Source of the DNA: Flaccisagitta enflata
Lineage: Eukaryota
NCBI GenBank assembly: GCA_965153355.1
Contig: OZ231126.1
Span: 32,860,001-32,924,000 of the forward strand
Direction of reading: 5' to 3'
Length of the DNA: 64,000 nucleotides
Shown piece after piece: positions 1 to 64,000 of the stretch. How positions within the stretch are numbered: the first letter of the stretch is position 1; the number at the start of each line of letters is the position of its first letter. A model generated the notes under the pieces. It saw only the letters and a list, made by a program, of their open reading frames with translations. It had not been told where the DNA came from and did no database searches. A program made the position numbers and the translations under genes.

Positions 1-1936
1 AAATTTTCACAGTAGTTTTTGTTGAAAAATTTGCATTTTTTGAAACTTTGGACCACCATAACTGTAAAACGGCTTAACTGACAAGTGTGAAATTTTGGAA
101 TATGAATATTTGCATAAACATGAGTAACTTCAGACAAAATGGAGGTGTGTGAAGGAAAAAATACAATTTTATAAAAGCTTCAAAATGGCCAAATGTCAAT
201 TTTGGTTGATTTTGTTTCTGACAAAGTAACTTTGAACGTCAATATCTCCATAGCCGTTAGTCGCAGTGAGCTCAAATTTTAGGTGAAGTTAGGGTAGATA
301 ACAGGTAACAACTCTACCAAAAATGAAGATGATCGGATGACAGGAACAGTTTTTATTCAACTTCAAAAAATGGGTCATTTTCATAAATTTTCAGAGGAAA
401 AATTTTTTTTTTCTAAGAGGGCTAGTTCAAAATTTTTTTTAGAAACTCTTAATTTGTTATTTATCTTATCGAAAAATAACAATTGCCAAATTTTTTTATT
501 AGAAAAAAAAATTTTGACCCAAAAACGTCCTACATTGCATTTTGTGAAAAATTTAGAATTTCATAACTGTATCAAAAATTCATTTTAAGAACTGAAATTT
601 TGCACACTTATTAGTGAATCCTAAAACTACCACACCAAAAATCAAGGGATTTTATTGAAAATCTTAGAAATATCCCACTTTTTGTGTTTTTTGAGTTTTG
701 GGTATAGCCACAAAATTGGCTAGAAAATCCTCAACAAAAATGAAATTTGTAAGCACGCATCTAAACTAATATACATGTGAAAGAATATTTTTTTAGTGTG
801 ATTTTTGTGGTCAAAATCAGCCAAAAACAGAAAAAAAATTTTTGGACAAAAAAAAATGAATTTGTTGGAATGGCTCCAAAACCTTAAACAACATAGTACA
901 CCTATAGGTGCATTTTGTGGTAAAAAATTTGATTATGAATCCTAGTCGTTTTACAGATATGGCTTCCCTCCAGTTACCCAGTTCTTTGATTCTCGTACTG
1001 TAATCCTGAGATTTTTTACTATAAAGCGGACCCCGCGTTCCAGCTCCTTCTCTCACAAAGTCCCCGACAATATAATTGTTCGATGAGCGCCGCCTCTAAA
1101 TCCGATGAGTGAATGGAATGAACGTTCATGATACAAAATGGCCACTGCAGCAGTGATGTAAAGCGTCAAATATGATCAAAAACTCAGAAAGTGATCTTCA
1201 GCTTATACAACACTGTCATGTACATAACTAGATCAAAGAGTCCTTCAATTTTTTAAAAAAAGAAAGCTTGCTAGGTTTGAAGTAGGTTAACAAAGCAAAA
1301 ACCATCATATTTTGGCAAGAAACAGCGATTTTGTGGGTTTTTAGCAATTTTTGCCCAGAAGCTCATTTGCATATTGTCGTAATTTGTTTTTTTGGTTATA
1401 ATTCGTCCAATATTCATCAGATATGCCTGAAAATTTGTGGGGAAGTATATTTTTATGATTTCTAACATCCCATGAGCTCTTTTAGACATCTTTTCATCAA
1501 GGCTTATTTTTTTTATTTTTGGAGTTTAATAATGCATTTTAGGCATCTTAACGTTGACGAAATTTCGTGAAATTTCTTACAAATATTCAGCAGATGATTA
1601 TTTATCATTACCAGGGTATGTTACCTCTTCAGAGATGTATCTTCATGCTGTTTATCTCAAAAAACCACCATTTTTGGCCAAAAAAAGTGTTTTTAATTTT
1701 GGCTCGCAATCGGGTGAAATAAAGTTGATATTCTTAATCTACACCTTTTTTAGGACTAGTATGCAAAAATTTGGAGACGGGTTAATTTTTTTTTTTTTTT
1801 TTTTTTCAAAGGGTTTTGGGCTAGCGTCAAGTTCCGAAATCTGCAATGGATAAAAAAATCCACCAGAAATTGTCGAAAAAAAAGTCAGTCAATTTATCAA
1901 AATTTCTTAAAGGGGAAAAAAAAAGAGAAAAAGAAC

Positions 1937-3385
<1,449 letters not shown>

Positions 3386-4014
3386 CAAGAAGAAAAATTA
3401 ACATTAAGGAAAAAATGGAGAAAGGGGTGGGTAGGGAGTGTAAGGAAAGAATGAAGAAAAAAAGGGAATAGAAAAGTTGGAAGTTTTCATTTCCTCGTTA
3501 GAATTCGTAGCAGCACTCGAGTGGAGAAATGCCTCCGTAGTCTATGGGAAACCGACGGTACCGACCTTAAAACGGCCTCTAAGCGGCCTCTATGGAGAGT
3601 CTAAGTGGCCTCGGATTCGGCTTTAAATTGGCCTCTAAGCGACCTCCGTGCTGAGTCTAATCGGCCTCTATACGAAGTCTAAGCGGCCTCGGATTCGGCC
3701 TTCTAGTTGCTTCGGGTTTTACAAATGAAGGGAACAAGGAGATTATTTTCTTTCAAAGGTGATAATTCATGAGTAAAATCAATATGTTTGATACTTCGAC
3801 GTGATCGGAAATTCCTTTGAAGTTACAATCATTTTTGACAGGAACTATAAAAAGTTTTGGAAGTAGAGAAAATAACAATCATCATAAAAGAATTGGCAGG
3901 GATTAGGATCTTTGGGTCTCTTTCTTTCACGCGTTAATCGTTTCCCCACAACGAATTATCATCAGCAGTTTCAACCCGCTCTTTTCGTCAACTTCATCTT
4001 CTGATTCTGCTGTA

Positions 4015-4284
4015 AGGAGGAAATCCTCACCTTCAGACCATCTCCCAGCGCGGTGCGTGGATGTGTAAACGCCAATAGATGAAGCACCTGAGATGGAGCG
4101 TTGGACACGTCCGACATTATCATGGACATTATCATTGACATTATCATAGATATTATCATAAACATTGGAGAGGTATAAGTGATAAACATCAAAGACGCTC
4201 TTCCCTGGAATGTGCTTCATCCATTGGCGTTTACACATTCACGCACCGCGCTGGGAGATGGACTGAAGGTGAGGATTTCCTCCT
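4015..4284. mobile_element. small foldback/MITE-like element
   Basis: 73-bp inverted arms 4015-4087 and 4212-4284; the loop contains 12-bp gacattatcatN repeats. Confidence 0.65.
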
Positions 4285-4510
4285 ATCACTGCGACTGCTT
4301 TAGCCAGTATAATTTGTCATTTAATCCGCAACGTCTGCCTCTTGTTTTGCGATTGCTATTGCCTGATAAGTTCATCATATTTTGCGATTGCCAATCTAAA
4401 CATTCCCCCCCCCCCAAAAAAAAAACGCAATTGATCCAACCCAAGTGACTCAGCCCTCCCCCCCCCCCCCCAACATTCACTCCGCTCCACATTTGTTGTT
4501 TATCCATATT

Positions 4511-4795
4511 TTTGGTCGCGTGCTACGCGACTCTATGAGCCACTTTTCGGTCAGTCGGTCGGTCGGTCGGTCGGTCGGTCAATTCGTCGGTCGGTTGGTC
4601 CATCGGTCGGTCCGTCACAAAACTGTTTTAAAGGCTTTTTAAAGCATTTTGTATATATCTGAATGGTACAGAAGGAGCTTTGTTGAGTAAAAAGCCATTT
4701 CAAATGACTTTTTGAGAAAAAAAATGTTTGTCTGTCTGTCTGCCTGACTTTTTTTGAAAGTGCCGACGCACGCGACTTAGGTCTAATGACCTTGT
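4511..4795 (+). mobile_element. HINE-like element, family A variant
   Basis: gtcgcgtgctacgcgactcta, (ggtc)n, gcacgcgact, hairpin aggtc..gacct, then tgtt. Confidence 0.65.
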
Positions 4796-4817
4796 TTTTA
4801 TCTTTTTTTTGCTGCAG

Positions 4818-63573
<58,756 letters not shown>

Positions 63574-63641
63574 GTAAGTAACATGCTTTGAGGGAGTTTC
63601 AAATGGCAACCAAAGCGACCGAATAACCCGCTTTATACGTA

Positions 63642-64000
63642 TAGTCCAGGATTTAAAGAAAAGGACTCGGCGACTTTGGAAGAAAGCCTGAAAATTTGCA
63701 TACAGAGTCAGTTTTTTGTGCTGAAGAAGACTAGATGGGGTAAACGTCTGATTTTTTAGTGTACCCCATAAAAAAACGTGTTTTTTTTTTTCAAAAAAAT
63801 AACTTTGAAGTTGCACTAACGCCAAACAAATCGACGGATCGCCATGAAATTTTAGGTGAAGAAAAATATGCCTTTTTTTTTACTTGCATGCAAAATTTCA
63901 GCCAAATCGGTACAGTAGAAGCGGAGATATTATTGTTTAAAGTCTAGGCCTATTTTCAAAAAAAAAGGGCTATGTTTCAATTTTGGGGTAAAATTTTGGT
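63642..64000. mobile_element. second copy of the 29992-31502 foldback element, cut by the window edge
   Basis: tagtccaggatttaaagaaaaggactcggcg...gtcagttttttgtgctgaa, matching both arms of the first copy. Confidence 0.85.

Noticed and set aside
1-1910. AT-rich segment resembling a DNA-transposon remnant
   Set aside because: No termini, TSD or transposase motif could be established inside the window.

Overview
AT-rich, microsatellite-dense invertebrate (metazoan) genomic DNA; the species cannot be identified from the sequence. Exons were read by hand because the ORF track is mostly low-complexity noise. (1) Eleven phase-consistent + strand exons (4818-63573, about 477 aa, open at both window edges) encode about five extracellular cadherin repeats. 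They are colinear with type III classical cadherins such as Drosophila DN-cadherin. (2) The 23.6-kb cadherin intron 34977-58566 holds a second, apparently complete 8-exon gene on the SAME strand (39140-51131, 507 aa): signal peptide, two Ig-like domains, a basigin/neuroplastin/embigin-type transmembrane helix with an internal Glu followed by EKRR, and a long low-complexity tail. Its phase-1 junctions are in frame with both flanking cadherin exons. (3) The introns are full of non-autonomous DNA elements: Helentron-associated (HINE/DINE-1-like) elements, some carrying satellite arrays, and near-fully palindromic MITE/foldback elements with TA, 3-bp, 4-bp (CAC...GTG, Chapaev-like) and 8-bp target-site duplications, often nested. 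Several tandem duplications fall exactly on splice sites. No rRNA, tRNA, CRISPR array or intact transposase was seen. Family assignments rest on remembered motifs, not on database searches.
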